Below, piece by piece: positions 1 to 11,910 of a DNA stretch of 64,000 nt (positions are counted from its first letter, which is position 1; each line of letters opens with the position of its first letter). The stretch comes from Massalongia carnosa (taxonomy: Eukaryota): contig OZ287087.1 in assembly GCA_965645245.1 (NCBI GenBank), forward strand, positions 930,001-994,000, in the 5' to 3' direction. Made by a program: the position numbers and the translations under genes. A model generated the notes under the pieces. The model saw only the letters and a program-made list of their open reading frames with translations, was not told where the DNA came from and searched no databases.

Positions 1-888
1 GCCAAGCTATCCACCGGATACCACCCGGAGACCGACGGGCAGACCGAGCGAGCCAACGCCACCATGGAGCACTACCTAAGGGCTTATGTCAACTACATGC
101 AGGATGACTGGGCACAATGGCTTCCTGGCGCCGAATTCGCCAGCAATAACACCGATTCATCTAGTATCCTGGCCTCCCCCTTCCTAGCCAACTTCGGGCA
201 ACATCCCCGCATGGGATTTGAACCGGAGGAACCCCTGCCGCAAGACCTAACCGCTCAGGGCAGAGCAAACCTAGTTGCAGCCAATCAGTTCGTGAATAAG
301 ATGCAGGATATCGACACTCATCTTCGAGACGAAATGCTGATGGCCCAAGCTTCGTACGAAGCAACTGCAAATGCTAACCGACGTCCCTGCCCCCGCTATT
401 TCGTTGGCGATATGGTGTGGCTAAGCACCAGAAATATCCAAACCGCTCGCCCCACAGTCAAGCTGGATGACCGAAATATCGGCCCCTACCGCGTCAGCAA
501 GGTGTTTTCCAACCCCTTGATCGTACAGCTGGAGCTTCCCGATACCGTCAAAATCCATCCCGTCTTTCACGTCAATCTGTTGCAGCATGATGCCAATGAC
601 CCCCTCCCCGGGCAGAGACCGGAGCCTAGAGACCCCGTCATCGCCGAAGATGGCCAACGAGAATGGTATGTCAATAGGGTATTGAATTCCAAGCTCGACC
701 GACGTTTTCAACCCCCGCTTCTGAAATACCTAGTGGATTGGGAAGGGCATCCTTCCACCTGGGAGCCTTTCAACTATCTCATCAATTGTCAGCAAGTCAT
801 AGACGAATACCACCAAGCCTATCCCAATGCGGCCGGCCCTCATCTAAACCCCTGTCAAATTCCCCGTTGCCAATGCCACGAGGCATAG
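1..888 (+). CDS. Ty3/Gypsy (chromovirus) pol 3' end: integrase C-terminus plus chromodomain, 5' part outside window
   Basis: YHPETDGQTERAN integrase motif at the window start; GPY/F motif (KLDDRNIGPYRV...IHPVFHVNLL); chromodomain (EWYVNRVLNSKL...YLVDWEGHPSTWEP); followed by polypurine tract GAAGGGGGAG at 918-927. Confidence 0.95.
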   Translation, partial: AKLSTGYHPETDGQTERANATMEHYLRAYVNYMQDDWAQWLPGAEFASNNTDSSSILASPFLANFGQHPRMGFEPEEPLPQDLTAQGRANLVAANQFVNKMQDIDTHLRDEMLMAQASYEATANANRRPCPRYFVGDMVWLSTRNIQTARPTVKLDDRNIGPYRVSKVFSNPLIVQLELPDTVKIHPVFHVNLLQHDANDPLPGQRPEPRDPVIAEDGQREWYVNRVLNSKLDRRFQPPLLKYLVDWEGHPSTWEPFNYLINCQQVIDEYHQAYPNAAGPHLNPCQIPRCQCHEA

Positions 889-931
889 ATAAGATGGCAT
901 CGCAGGAGCTCTGCCTTGAAGGGGGAGCTAC

Positions 932-1418
932 TGTCATGAAATGCCTCCGACCTCACCACGTGCCTCTATCACGTGCCTTGATCTGATGACTACTCACGGA
1001 CGTCGTGCCATGCCTTCGGGACCCTCATATCATTCTTCGAATTCGCCGATTACTGATCATTAATCAGCCTCGCATTGATGATTTATTCCCGTCTTTCGAC
1101 TATTATCATGTCTAATAGCTTCGCATTGATGTTTGACATCTCCCGTCTCCTCGCTGACCCCATCGTGCTTATTGCCGCTATAATGCCCCTCATTCATCAT
1201 CGCACTGACTAGACATCATTCGCCGCCACCCTAGAAAGATGAATATGGGAGGACAAAGATATAAGAAAGAAGTCGAATCATGGAAGTTCTGATTCTTTGT
1301 CGAACGTCTTGAATAGCCAACCTAGCCTAGCCTAGATTCATAGCTATAGACTCAATCAATAAGCTTGACCATCAACCCACCTTGCCTTTGCCCTTGCCCT
1401 CGACCTGATTTCGTGACA
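932..1418 (+). repeat. 3' LTR of the Gypsy element (LTR family L1)
   Basis: Starts TGTCATGAAA just after the PPT and ends TTTCGTGACA (inverted termini); Tad1 RT sequence resumes at 1419, so the Gypsy is inserted in a LINE. Confidence 0.92.
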
Positions 1419-2690
1419 CTCCAAATCGACACCAAATTGAAATAGGGAGCCCACATACGGAAAACACAGGAAAATATGACGTCACAGTCGCTGGCGCTAA
1501 CAAAAATATCGACATCCACCTGGGGAGCTTCTTTCGCGAAGGCCCGGCAGGTTTACACCGCCGTTGTTCGACCGGCAATGACTTATGGAAGCACCGTGTG
1601 GCATACACCTATGGAAATCAAGAAAAACAAGGCCACGACGTCCAAACTCAGCGTCATGCAGAACAAATGCTTACGCACCGTGACAGGGGCGTTCAAGGCA
1701 ACACCCGTCGAAGTTCTCGAAGCGGAAACGTCAATCGCCCCCATGGAGATGCATCTGGACAATCTACAGATAAAAGCAAGGTATCGTTTACGGGCCGCAG
1801 GGCAGGCGAACTAATTTCCAAAGCCTGCAATACAATAGCGAACAAGCTACGGGGTAAGGCAGGACGCAAAAGAACGCAACACCTCACCCCAGGAGAGTTG
1901 AAATACGAATGGGCCAGCAAAATATTAAATAACGAGGCACCAGTCACAATGCCCCCATTGCCCCGCCCTGGTCCACACCCGACCCGGCGCACCTCGAAAA
2001 ATGCACTACGACACGCCATACCGTAGAGAAACACACAAAGGCTACCACAGAACGCATTAAGGAACGCTGGGACTCTATATGGAAGACGTACCAGAAGCGC
2101 ATTCCCAGCCCGACAGAGGCACAGTTGGGATCTCTCAGTAGGACGAGACTGAAGATACACAACAACCTGATGAATATGGAAAGCGCGCTAACAACGCAAA
2201 TCCGCACCGAAAAAATAGGCTTGGCAAACTTCCTGTTCAATCGTCGGGTACCGGGCGTTATGACCCCGGCCTGCTCGTGCGGATGGCAGAAGCAGACAGA
2301 GAAACATATTATTCTACATTGCAGGCTAATCGATGGTAGATACGAAGTGCTAAAACAAATAGGCACCAACGACTATCGAACGATCATGAGCTCGTCGAAA
2401 ATGTTGAAAAAACTAACCACATGGATAATAAAAGCAAATTTGCTGACCCAATTTTCACTAGCATCGCAACTGTTAAACGTGTGATAACTCTCATTTCGTC
2501 AAGGATTTTACAGAACATCGAGCGAAGAATGCAGTCCAGAAACGGAACACGTTTGGGATAATGGCGCAGTCTACATGGTTTTTATCCCTTTAAAAGGTTT
2601 TCCCTGTAAGAATAAGTAGATAGCCCGCATGGGCCGGCCTTCGGCCGGTGTCAGATCGGTACAAGAATCAATAATCATCATCATCATAAT
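1419..2690 (+). mobile_element. Tad1-clade LINE 3' part (family A), frameshifted ORF2 C-terminus with (CAT)n tail
   Basis: LQIDTKLK...STWGASFAKARQVYTAVVRPAMTYGS; C-terminal CSCG...HIILHC zinc knuckle; tail ATCATCATCATCAT; closely similar to the minus copy at 57682-58950. Confidence 0.92.
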
Positions 2691-3213
2691 ATCTTGCAAG
2701 AATATAATTAATCCATTAAAGTCATATACTGTTTCGTGAACAATTCTGATATTACAATTTCTGTGATTGTCGTACAACAGGTTTTTGGGATCGGGACTGA
2801 ATATCTGACGCGATAAACAATCAACTCGAAAACACGTTCGTGATCGCCGACGCGGAGCAGAGAGATCAACTGCTGTATAAGATTGATGACTATCGGATAG
2901 GCATAGGAGACGGAGGGGAACCAGAGGGAACAGGGATTCTAGAGGAGGTGATAAATTTCTCGATAATCAGAGAAGCATCGACAACGACAACTAAAATACA
3001 CCGAAGTCCATTCACGACACCCTGACTGAAATACAAAGAAGTCTAGCCCGTATCGAAAGTGCTAAGACTCCCACAACAACTACAATCAGCTATTCCGCAG
3101 TCGCCACCAGAGGTCAAGTTTTGGAGGCCCCCTCGAATCCCCGCCGCACCAAGCCAATCACTTCTTCAAAATAAACTGAACCCTAACCAAAAGAAGTTCG
3201 TCAGGCTAGAGCA

Positions 3214-4104
3214 ATGACCGTAGTCATTTCCAGCGCAAGCGACAAAGAAAAAATAAAGAACATATCCACAAAAGATCTCGAGGAGATACTACAAGCAGAA
3301 ACGGAAGGGATTCGGGGAGTATCGCGACTCATCAACGGAGATCTCAAATTTCACACGGAATCACTAGAAGTCAAAAAGTCCCTACAAGAAAAGTCGGAAT
3401 GGACCCGAAAAATAGCCGACTCAGCGGCGATTAAGACATGGACGTACTCGGTCAGAGTAAATGGTGTCAAGATAGAACATATCAAAACTGCCAACCAATT
3501 GCAGGCTATAGGGTACCTGCAGATCGCTAACGCACGCCTGCACCCGGACGTGCAGATAAAGAAAATAACCTGGTCTACTAGAGCTATAAGGGAGAAGAAG
3601 GTGTTCTCCACGCTAAAAATTGAAGTCGCCACCGCCGAAACGGCCAATCGGGTCATAGCCGAGGGTCTCATAATCGACTATAATATCAAAGACTGTGAAA
3701 GTTTCACGAAGGGATGCACCATTACGCAATGTTTTAATTGTCACAAATATAGTCATATAGGTCGATCATATCCTAACCCCACCGCCTGCGGTTACTGTGC
3801 TAGGGCTCACCCTAGCACCGAATGTAACATGGGAACAATAGATAGATATCGAAGAGGTTCTGCATGCAGTAAAAAGGGACACGAAGCCTGGTCAACATCC
3901 TGCGAAATCAGGATTGTCGAAAAACGCAATGGAGAGAGGGCCATGCAAAAACGGATCCCATTCTACCCAATAGTCGCCCCCGTACCGGGTTCCAGAGCGA
4001 AAACATCAACCCGGTCCTTGGCAACACAAACAGCAAAAAGGGGAAAATCGTATCCCCCCCGATACCTCCCCGAATCCCCCACGAACGGGAACATCCTGGG
4101 CTAA
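3214..4104 (+). pseudogene. Tad1 LINE ORF1 (gag-like, CCHC zinc knuckles) fragment
   Basis: QCFNCHKYSHIG...CGYCARAH; homologous to ORF1 at 27551-29036. Confidence 0.85.
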
Positions 4105-6491
4105 CACCGGCATCATAAATCTAAAAAATATGACAAAGGCCCTTGCAAAACCAATTTTTGATAGACTCCTACTCAGACCCCAAGTTGTATCTACTGCCCC
4201 GGCGAGAATTAGAGTAAACAACACTACCAGCGACCCCTCGACCTCCCAGGCCGAATCAATGGACGTACTATGAGGGACACGAAATCACTCTCCATAATGT
4301 ATTTCAAAGTCAAAAATTACAGAGTCAGTACAATGTTGCCCCTCTTAGCGGATCCAAAAACTCAAGACTATGATATTATCGCAATTCAGTAACCCTGGCG
4401 CAATCTATCTATTCCTACCACATTAAGCTCTCATTAAAGTAGGTTTTATTAATTATATCGCCCAAATTGAGACACCAGAGTATGTTTCCATATAAATGAT
4501 ACTATTGACCCTGATAGCTGGGAAGTAGAGTTTCCGTCGGCCGACATGTGAAACCTAAAAATTGGAATGAAAATTGGAAACACATTAGACGTGATCTATA
4601 TCCACAATGTGTATAATCCCTCCCCCATTTCCTATTCTTCTATAGATAGTCCGTCTACGCTAGCAACAGTGAAACGTTAATTAACTGCAGAGACAAAACA
4701 TATTTTACTGGGCGACATTAACCTCTATCATCTATTGTGGAATCATTCGTCAAGGCCTACTCAAAATGCGGAGTCGGAACAATTACTGAACATAATTAAA
4801 GAGGCAAATCTATCACGAACACTTCCAAAAGGCACCATTACATGGGAGGCTAGACAATCGTCTAGCATAATCGATATTGTATTCATGTCAGAAGAATTAA
4901 CGGATAGATTAGAACATTGCATGTCAAGACCGGAACTCAATTAGTCGTCCGATCAAATTCCGATTTCCACCCGAATCATGCTGAACAGTAAGGTTCAAAC
5001 GATCAGAGAACGCAAGGCCTGGAAACTGACGAACATGAGAAATCTAAAAGAAGCGGAAAAGAGAGCGCCCCCCCCGAGGACCCCCCGATCCCCCGCCGAA
5101 ATCGATTCTTATACCTTGTCAATTCAAAAATACCTTCTAGAAGTAATAGAATCCTGTCTACCTTAGGCTAGACCTAGTAAGTACGCTAAAAACTTTTGGA
5201 ATGATAAATATAGTATGATCACGAAAGAAACTCGTAGGCTCAGACGTGTCGGGTCCAATTCCAGAGTCATTTCTGATTAGATAACATACAAAAAATCCAA
5301 TCACAGAAAACAAAAAATCTTTCAAAAGGCTAATAGACTGTCGTTCCCCAAGGAAATAGAAAAAGCCACCCAATCGCTTTCGTATCTCTCGCGAATAGCC
5401 AAATACGCGAAAGACAAAAGTGACCAGACAAGAGAAATTCCTAAAATGCTCAATCTTGTTCGAGACGACCAAATAGCAGAGACGTTCGAGGAGGGATTGG
5501 ACATGCTAAAACAGAAATTCTTTCTACCCGCCCCTCCGGTCGACCTCAGCGACATATATAGTTTATTTTTCACCAGCCCGCCACAATATCTAATGATCAT
5601 AACCAAACTAGAGGTTATGGCAGCCATACGCCGACTCAAGCCCGATACGGCCCCGGGTTCGGATGGAATACCCAATAGAATGAAGGCATGCTCGGAAAAG
5701 CTAGTAGAATTACTCACCCTACTATTTCAAGCATGTGTAGAACAAGTATATTATCCTCGTGCATTCAAAACCGCCAATACAATCACGCTCAAGTAAACAT
5801 GCAAGGATGACTATTCGGCCCCGGACGCCAATCGACCAAAAGCACTTCTAAACACGCTTGGAAAAGTAATGGAATCCATCATGTCAAAAAAAATAACAAT
5901 CTAGCGGAAACATACCGACTCCTACCCGACACCCAGATAGGCGCCAGACGAGGAAGAGCAACCGAATCTGTACTAGAATTGTTTACTGAACAAATTTATA
6001 CAGTGTGGGGACAAGGCACGGATAAAGTAGCCACATGATTGAGCATGGACGCAGCAGGAGCCTATGACACATTGACACATCGAAGACTGATTCACAATCT
6101 TCGCAAAAGTAAAATCCTAAAATGGATCACTGATTAGGTGAGCAGTTTTATGAACCGAAGAAGCACTACCCTGGCAATTCACAGCCGAGTCACGGGCATA
6201 TTCGATGTAAAAACCGGAATCCGATAAGGCTTCCCCATTTCTCCTATTCTTTATCTGTTCTACAATGCAGACCAACTAGACATATGTGAAAGACCAGGCA
6301 TCAACACGAGTGCTCTAGGCTTTGTAGATGACATTAATGTGCTAGCATACGGAAAAAGCACCGAAGAAAATTACAAGACGCTAGAGGTAATTCACAAAAA
6401 AATGTGAAAAATTGGCAAGTCGACATGGTTCAGTATGTCATGAAACAGTTTCGAACCAAAAGGATCTCGGTCTTATCCGTAGTTGCCCCCT

Positions 6492-7521
6492 TGTAATGGG
6501 CTACGAGACCAGTAAGCTTATCACGAGCGACACTGATCTCGAAAGGGGAAATGCTCAGCGTGAGAGGAGGAAGATAGCTACTACGTGCTAGTCTCCGAGA
6601 GTATACGTGATCCAAAGAACTAATGGATGTGGAAGTGCTTAGACCAAGAGATCTCGTCCGAGACCCAAACGTAGGTTGTTCATAGAATAAAGACTAATTG
6701 CTAACGAATACTACAAGATTCGTTCTGATATTTATCCTACTCACCCCAAGCCTATAGCCTTGGGAGCCTTGGAACCTTAGGAGCCTTGCAAGCCTTGGGA
6801 GTCTTGCGAGCATTACAGCCTTGCAATCCACATCCGACTTTATCGCATTACATCCAACCATCCCTCAGGATCCATCCACGAACTCGGCGTTCGCTGGATC
6901 ATCTAGTCAGCCTCGAGCAGCCTTCTAGATCTTCCCTTGCAAGGTAGAACAATTCTACCCCCGGCTAGATCCCTCACTACATGCCTCAGGCTATGTAGCT
7001 TAATTTCGCCGTCACCACTACCTAGTGATGGAAGGTTACCTCCGACTGAATACCTCGCTACACTGCGGACCTGCCTCTAGACACAAGGTCTAGACAACGA
7101 GGTCATGTAGGTTCATTCAGCCGACATCACTACCAACGTAGTAATAAAGGTTGAAGCTGAAGTTTACACCAGGGAGCCTAGCTCAAGCTGCGTCTAGCGA
7201 GCCGTGCCTCCTGCTACCTCTCTTGAACCATCAAGAGATCCAGTAGCTCCGAGTAGGCCAGTAGATCCCATATAGAGTTCCTTGGCGTCTCCACAGGAGT
7301 CCGCCTTACACTCCATGGCAATCTACCACCACGGCCTCGACAGGTGTTTGATCTGTAAGTAGTCAAGAATGTGATAACAATAACTCCGAAGTTTCGGGGC
7401 AAGATGGCAGTGTGTCAGCCTCGACGGCTTATGCGACTTCGTACTACGGCATGGTCCACGCTAGTTAATCCCGCAACCGCCATAGGCGATCACGTATCTC
7501 TCTAGCGCCATCCGTATTACA
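6492..7521. mobile_element. Solo LTR family L2 (~1030 bp)
   Basis: TGTAAT...ATTACA termini with exact TSD CCCCT (6487-6491, 7522-7526); inverted homolog starts at 11911. Confidence 0.9.
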
Positions 7522-7546
7522 CCCCTCTATCTGTCCCTACCTACTA

Positions 7547-7685
7547 TACCGCAGGTTCATTGGACCTACCGCAGGTTCATTGGACCTAACGCAGCTTTAT
7601 TGGAACTACCGCGGGTTTATTGGACCTACCGCGGGCTCATTGGACCTACCGCAGGTTTATTAGACCTACCACAGCTTCATTGGTC
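7547..7685. repeat. 20-bp minisatellite, about 7 copies, inside the L1-like LTR
   Basis: Repeated TACCGCAGGTTCATTGGACC with variants. Confidence 0.9.
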
Positions 7686-9398
7686 AGTGCGCGCTATTCC
7701 AACCTTTCTCGATGCGGTTAGATCGAGTACGGCTCCGCCTCCGATCTTCGAAACTATAATTACCCGGTCCCCATTAGGTATCTTCGTATTAACTTAGGAA
7801 AAGGAGATGAATAGGAGATATCGAAGATCAAGGAAACAAAGGGGGAAGGAGGTGAGGAACAGATACAAATGAAGGGGTCGAGTCTCGAAAATTCTGGCTT
7901 CTTGTCCGACGTCTTGAATAACCAATCTAGCCTAGCTGTTGCTATAGACTCAGTCAATTAGAAAGCTTGAACATCCAATCCAGTTCCCTGACACAGTCTT
8001 CGCTCCGAAGAAAAACGAATTGATATATCTATCAAGAAATCCGAAGAAATTATGTTTACTGTTATTCAAATAGGAAATAACATCATAAAACCAAAGTCAG
8101 ATATCAGAATTCCAGGACTTCAAATTAATTCAAAATTGAACTGGGGTGGTCACACAAGGAAAATCATGTAAAAAATAACAATACAATCTAGGGCATTGAC
8201 AAAAATATCCATCTCCTTATGAGGCTCCACTCTTCTAAAGGCACGCCAGGTTTACACTGCCGTAGTCCCGTCGGCCATGACGTATGGCTCAACTATTTGG
8301 CACATGCCAAAAGAAATTAAAAAATTAATCGTCATCTCGAACAAACTGGCTATCATACAAAACAAATATCTAAGAAATATAGCTGGAGTCTTTAAAGCAA
8401 CGCCCATAGCTGTCCTAGATGGAGAGACATTTATAGCCTCGATTGACATATATTTAGATCAACTACAGGCCTAGACCAGACAACGCCTATGTCGAAATTG
8501 CGAAAAGATTTCATTACAAATACATGCAACAAAATAGCCGATAAACTTCGAGGTTGGACAGGAAACAAGAGGGCCCCAGTCATCACTCCAGGAACGCTAA
8601 AATACGCCTGGGCTAAGAGAATCATATCGGAGGCACATAATTCTCCAACACATTTACCTAATCCACAATGGGCCAAATTCCCCCAAATCTCGCCCGAGAA
8701 ATAGGGGAGGCACGCGCCGCTCATAACAAAATAACTTCACAAATCAAAAAACGATACAAAGTTGCATGGCAGGCCTCGTGGAGATCATATCAGGAACGCA
8801 CACCCGCTTACACCCCGGCACAATCGGGTTTTTTATCTAATAAACGCATCAAATTGCACGAAACTCTAGCCAAAGCGCAGAGCGCGCTAGCCATTCAGAT
8901 ACGACCAGAAAAGATAGGCCAAGCAGCCTTCCTACATATACACCTAGTCCTAGACGTCTCGTCAATAAACTGCTCATGTGGCTGGCACAAACAGACTGCG
9001 AAATATGTTATCGTCTTTTGCAAACTCAACAACAACAGAAAAACTTTGCTAAATACGATAGACACAAACAACTTTTGATTAATTACTAATTTATCTAAAG
9101 CAATTAAATTTGTCACAGAATGGCTAATAAAGACAGGTTTGTTGTCACAATTCTCGCTGACAGCACAGCATCTATACTGTTAACAATAGGCATACTTTGT
9201 TTAATTTTTCATAATTGTCTTAGGTTAATGATTTTTTCATGGAGCACACGGCTGGGACCCGGAGGCTTCTCGGCCCGGCACAGGATTGGATAGTGTATCT
9301 TCCTTAAAAGGTTTTCCATGTACAATACAACTAGATAGACTCGCCCGCATGGGCCGACCTACGGTCGGTACTACACCGGAATAAGAATCATCATCATC

Positions 9399-10860
9399 GA
9401 ATTACTCGCGAGGCTCTTGGTATAGCGGATAAGGATATTTGGAATATAGACGAGACAGGCTTTCGAATTGGCTGTAGGCGAGCTTATTAGGTTGTTTCAA
9501 TTTATTCTAGAATTTCTTTGTTGTTGAAGGACTCCAACAATAGAGAATATATTTCCTTGTGTAAATGTATTAGTGTATAGGGGCATTATATTCCCCTAAT
9601 GATCATAACTGCTAGGGCATGGGTAATGGAGAAATATGCCCAACTCAATAACTTCGATAATGATTTTCCATGACCACAAGTCCTACCGGCTATTCCAATT
9701 ATGATTTTGCTCTCGATTGGTTGAAACATTTCGACAAAAACAGTCGAAAGGGGCAGGTAGAGACATGGCGCATGCTTATCATGGATAGATATTTATCTTA
9801 TATGACATTCGAGTTTTTACCTATGCAAAACGAAATAAATCGACTTGTTTAGTCTTCTACCATATTTTATACATTTCACTCAGCTATTAGATTTAGGATG
9901 TTTTCAGCCTTTCAAACATTTTTATTCCCAATCCATTGATCAACTGAGGCAGGGTGGAGGGTCTTATTTCGAATAACTCGACTTTCTATTGCTTTTTCAG
10001 ATCATGCGAAATAAAACATTTACGTTAACTACTATATTTGCTTTATTCAGAAACACGAGTCTTGTGCCTTATAATCCAGAAAAAGTAATCCGCAAAGTAG
10101 ATGCTTTTCAGACCCGTAGTTCTGCTATCCCGCGCCTACTTCTATCAGCTCTATTGCTCGCCAGAATACCTTCCATAGCCAAGGAAGTTTTTGACTATTG
10201 AAATAGGCTTCGGAAAAGCCTCAAGAAGTATAATGTTTTGAATGCCGAGTGGGACTATCATATGGAACGATTCGTGAAAGGCTCTATCTCTAGTATTTAA
10301 GCACGTCAGATTTCAGAGCGAGACCTTCAGGCAGATCAAATGCTGTCTATCACGAAGATAGCACGACGAAAACTTGATGGAAAGGTGGCCCAGAAGGGAG
10401 GATTCATAACAGCTCGAGATGTACGGGCGAAAGTTACAAAACGCACCTCAAAATAATACGGAAAAGACTAAGCAGGCCTATGCACGTGCCGTACTAGCTG
10501 CTGAAAAGATGCAAATAGCCCTTGAATGAAATTATAGAGCAATCACTCTATCTACGCCGCATAACGGGTCGGGTTTCTCTACTGAAAACCCAACCTGTTT
10601 GTGACGAACCCTATGATTTTTGTTGTCCGGGTTTAGTTTTTAAAGAAAATCCGGTGGCGAAAAAGCAATTTTATGGCGAAAACACAACCCGTTGCGCGAC
10701 GTAACTCGATCTATATGAAGGCAACCAAAGCTGTTTCACTAGCGTCATAGTCAATTAAATTCTACATAACTATTGTTATCCATAAATTGTATGTAAAATA
10801 GTAGGTGTAATGGGAAAAAAGCGTCACTAAGCTGTATGCGTTACTGAGGTATCGGATACT
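9399..10860 (+). pseudogene. Degenerate pogo/Fot1 (DDE_1) transposase relic
   Basis: DKDIWNIDETGFRIGC, GYSNYDFALDWLKHF, WRMLIMD, QLLDLGCFQPFK, SLVPYNP; many stops; right limit approximate. Confidence 0.85.
10553..10703. mobile_element. hAT-type MITE (151 bp)
   Basis: TIRs TACGCCGCATAACGGGT / ACCCGTTGCGCGACGTA; 8-bp TSD ACTCTATC/ACTCGATC. Confidence 0.85.
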
Positions 10861-10970
10861 AGTAGGCGACTCGCTTCGATTACTACTTTCTTGACACGAT
10901 TATTGGAATTCGCTGATTAAAAGATCAGAATCATAATTTAATTCGAAAGATAATCGTTGAAATTGAAATC

Positions 10971-11141
10971 TGTAACGCTTCGACCAAGCGTGGTGCGGAC
11001 GGCAGGACCTACAGCGAACATAGCAGGAGTCCCAGTTATAGTAGAATAGATCTTGGTCTGCGGACTAAGTATTGTGCCTTTTGGTCGGGAAGGACAGATG
11101 GCGCAATGGTAGAAATCTATTCACTATCTCGCTTCGTCACA
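10971..11141 (+). mobile_element. Solo LTR family L4 (171 bp)
   Basis: TGTAACG...CGTCACA; exact TSD AAATC; further copies at 16143, 54853 and 55253. Confidence 0.92.
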
Positions 11142-11484
11142 AAATCAGAAGATATTAAAGTTATTATTACTTATATAATAAAATAAGAAAAGTTAACATA
11201 ATTGCTTGTTTTCCTATCGAATATTCGTAAACTTTCTTTAATAATATTGATATCTTTTCCGCGGTATTGATTGATTTGACAACATACTTTCTCAATCTAG
11301 ACTTCAATTGACGCATAAAGAATCGTCAATTCTATTTTTCACATAAGTTTTTATATAACATTTCCGTCGACATGTGGGTTTTTTTACTAATAACTCATTA
11401 GAGATTATGGTGAGTAAATAATTTATACGTGATATCTTTTTATCGATAAGAACTAATAAATTTAAAAGCTTCACGAAACGTATT

Positions 11485-11910
11485 TACGCCGCGCAACGGG
11501 TCGCGTTGGATCAGGTTTTGACTAGTCGAACCCGACCCGCTACTGGGTTGGGGAACCTCTAGGGCTCAACTCGGTGGGTTGGCGAACCGTTCCGGAGTAA
11601 ACCTGTTTAACCCGTTCGACCCGGTTAATTTTTTATGTCAATTTTAAACATGTTTTTAGAAGTTTTAAACATATTTGAAAATTCTGAAAATTTTGAAAAT
11701 TATTCATCAGTAAGTAATGATTTGTAAGCAAAAAATTTATCACTTCAAACGTCATAGTTTCGTTGAATTTTTATATTAAATTTGCAAAAAAAACTAACCG
11801 GGTTAAATTATTTAACAAGGAAACCCGAATAGAAAACCCGAGCCCGAAGGGTTAGGTTCGAGGGGCTTTAACCCGACCCGAAAATTCGACCCAAACCCGT
11901 TGCGTGGCGT
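11485..11910. mobile_element. hAT-type MITE (~426 bp), right tip hit by an L2 LTR
   Basis: TIRs TACGCCGCGCAACGGGT / ACCCGTTGCGTGGCGT; subterminal AACCCG repeats; AT-rich core. Confidence 0.8.

Larger units (their letters stand above)
6436..7993 (+). mobile_element. Solo LTR related to L1, itself carrying a nested solo LTR
   Basis: TGTCATGAAA...CCTGACA termini; TSD CAGTA/CAGTC; 3' part (GTCTTGAATA.CCAA.CTAGCCTAGC...GCTATAGACTCA.TCAAT) resembles 1305-1375. Confidence 0.85.
2810..9398 (+). mobile_element. Degenerate near-full-length Tad1-clade LINE (family B), interrupted at 6436-7993
   Basis: ORF1 3214-4104 with CFNCHKYSH knuckles; APE remnants (DIIAIQ*PWRN, LGDINL, SD.IPI); RT remnants (APGSDGI, GFVDDI); RT reading resumes across the insertion (SRHGS|VFAPKK); tail GAATCATCATCATC ends at 9398; 5' limit approximate. 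Confidence 0.9.
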
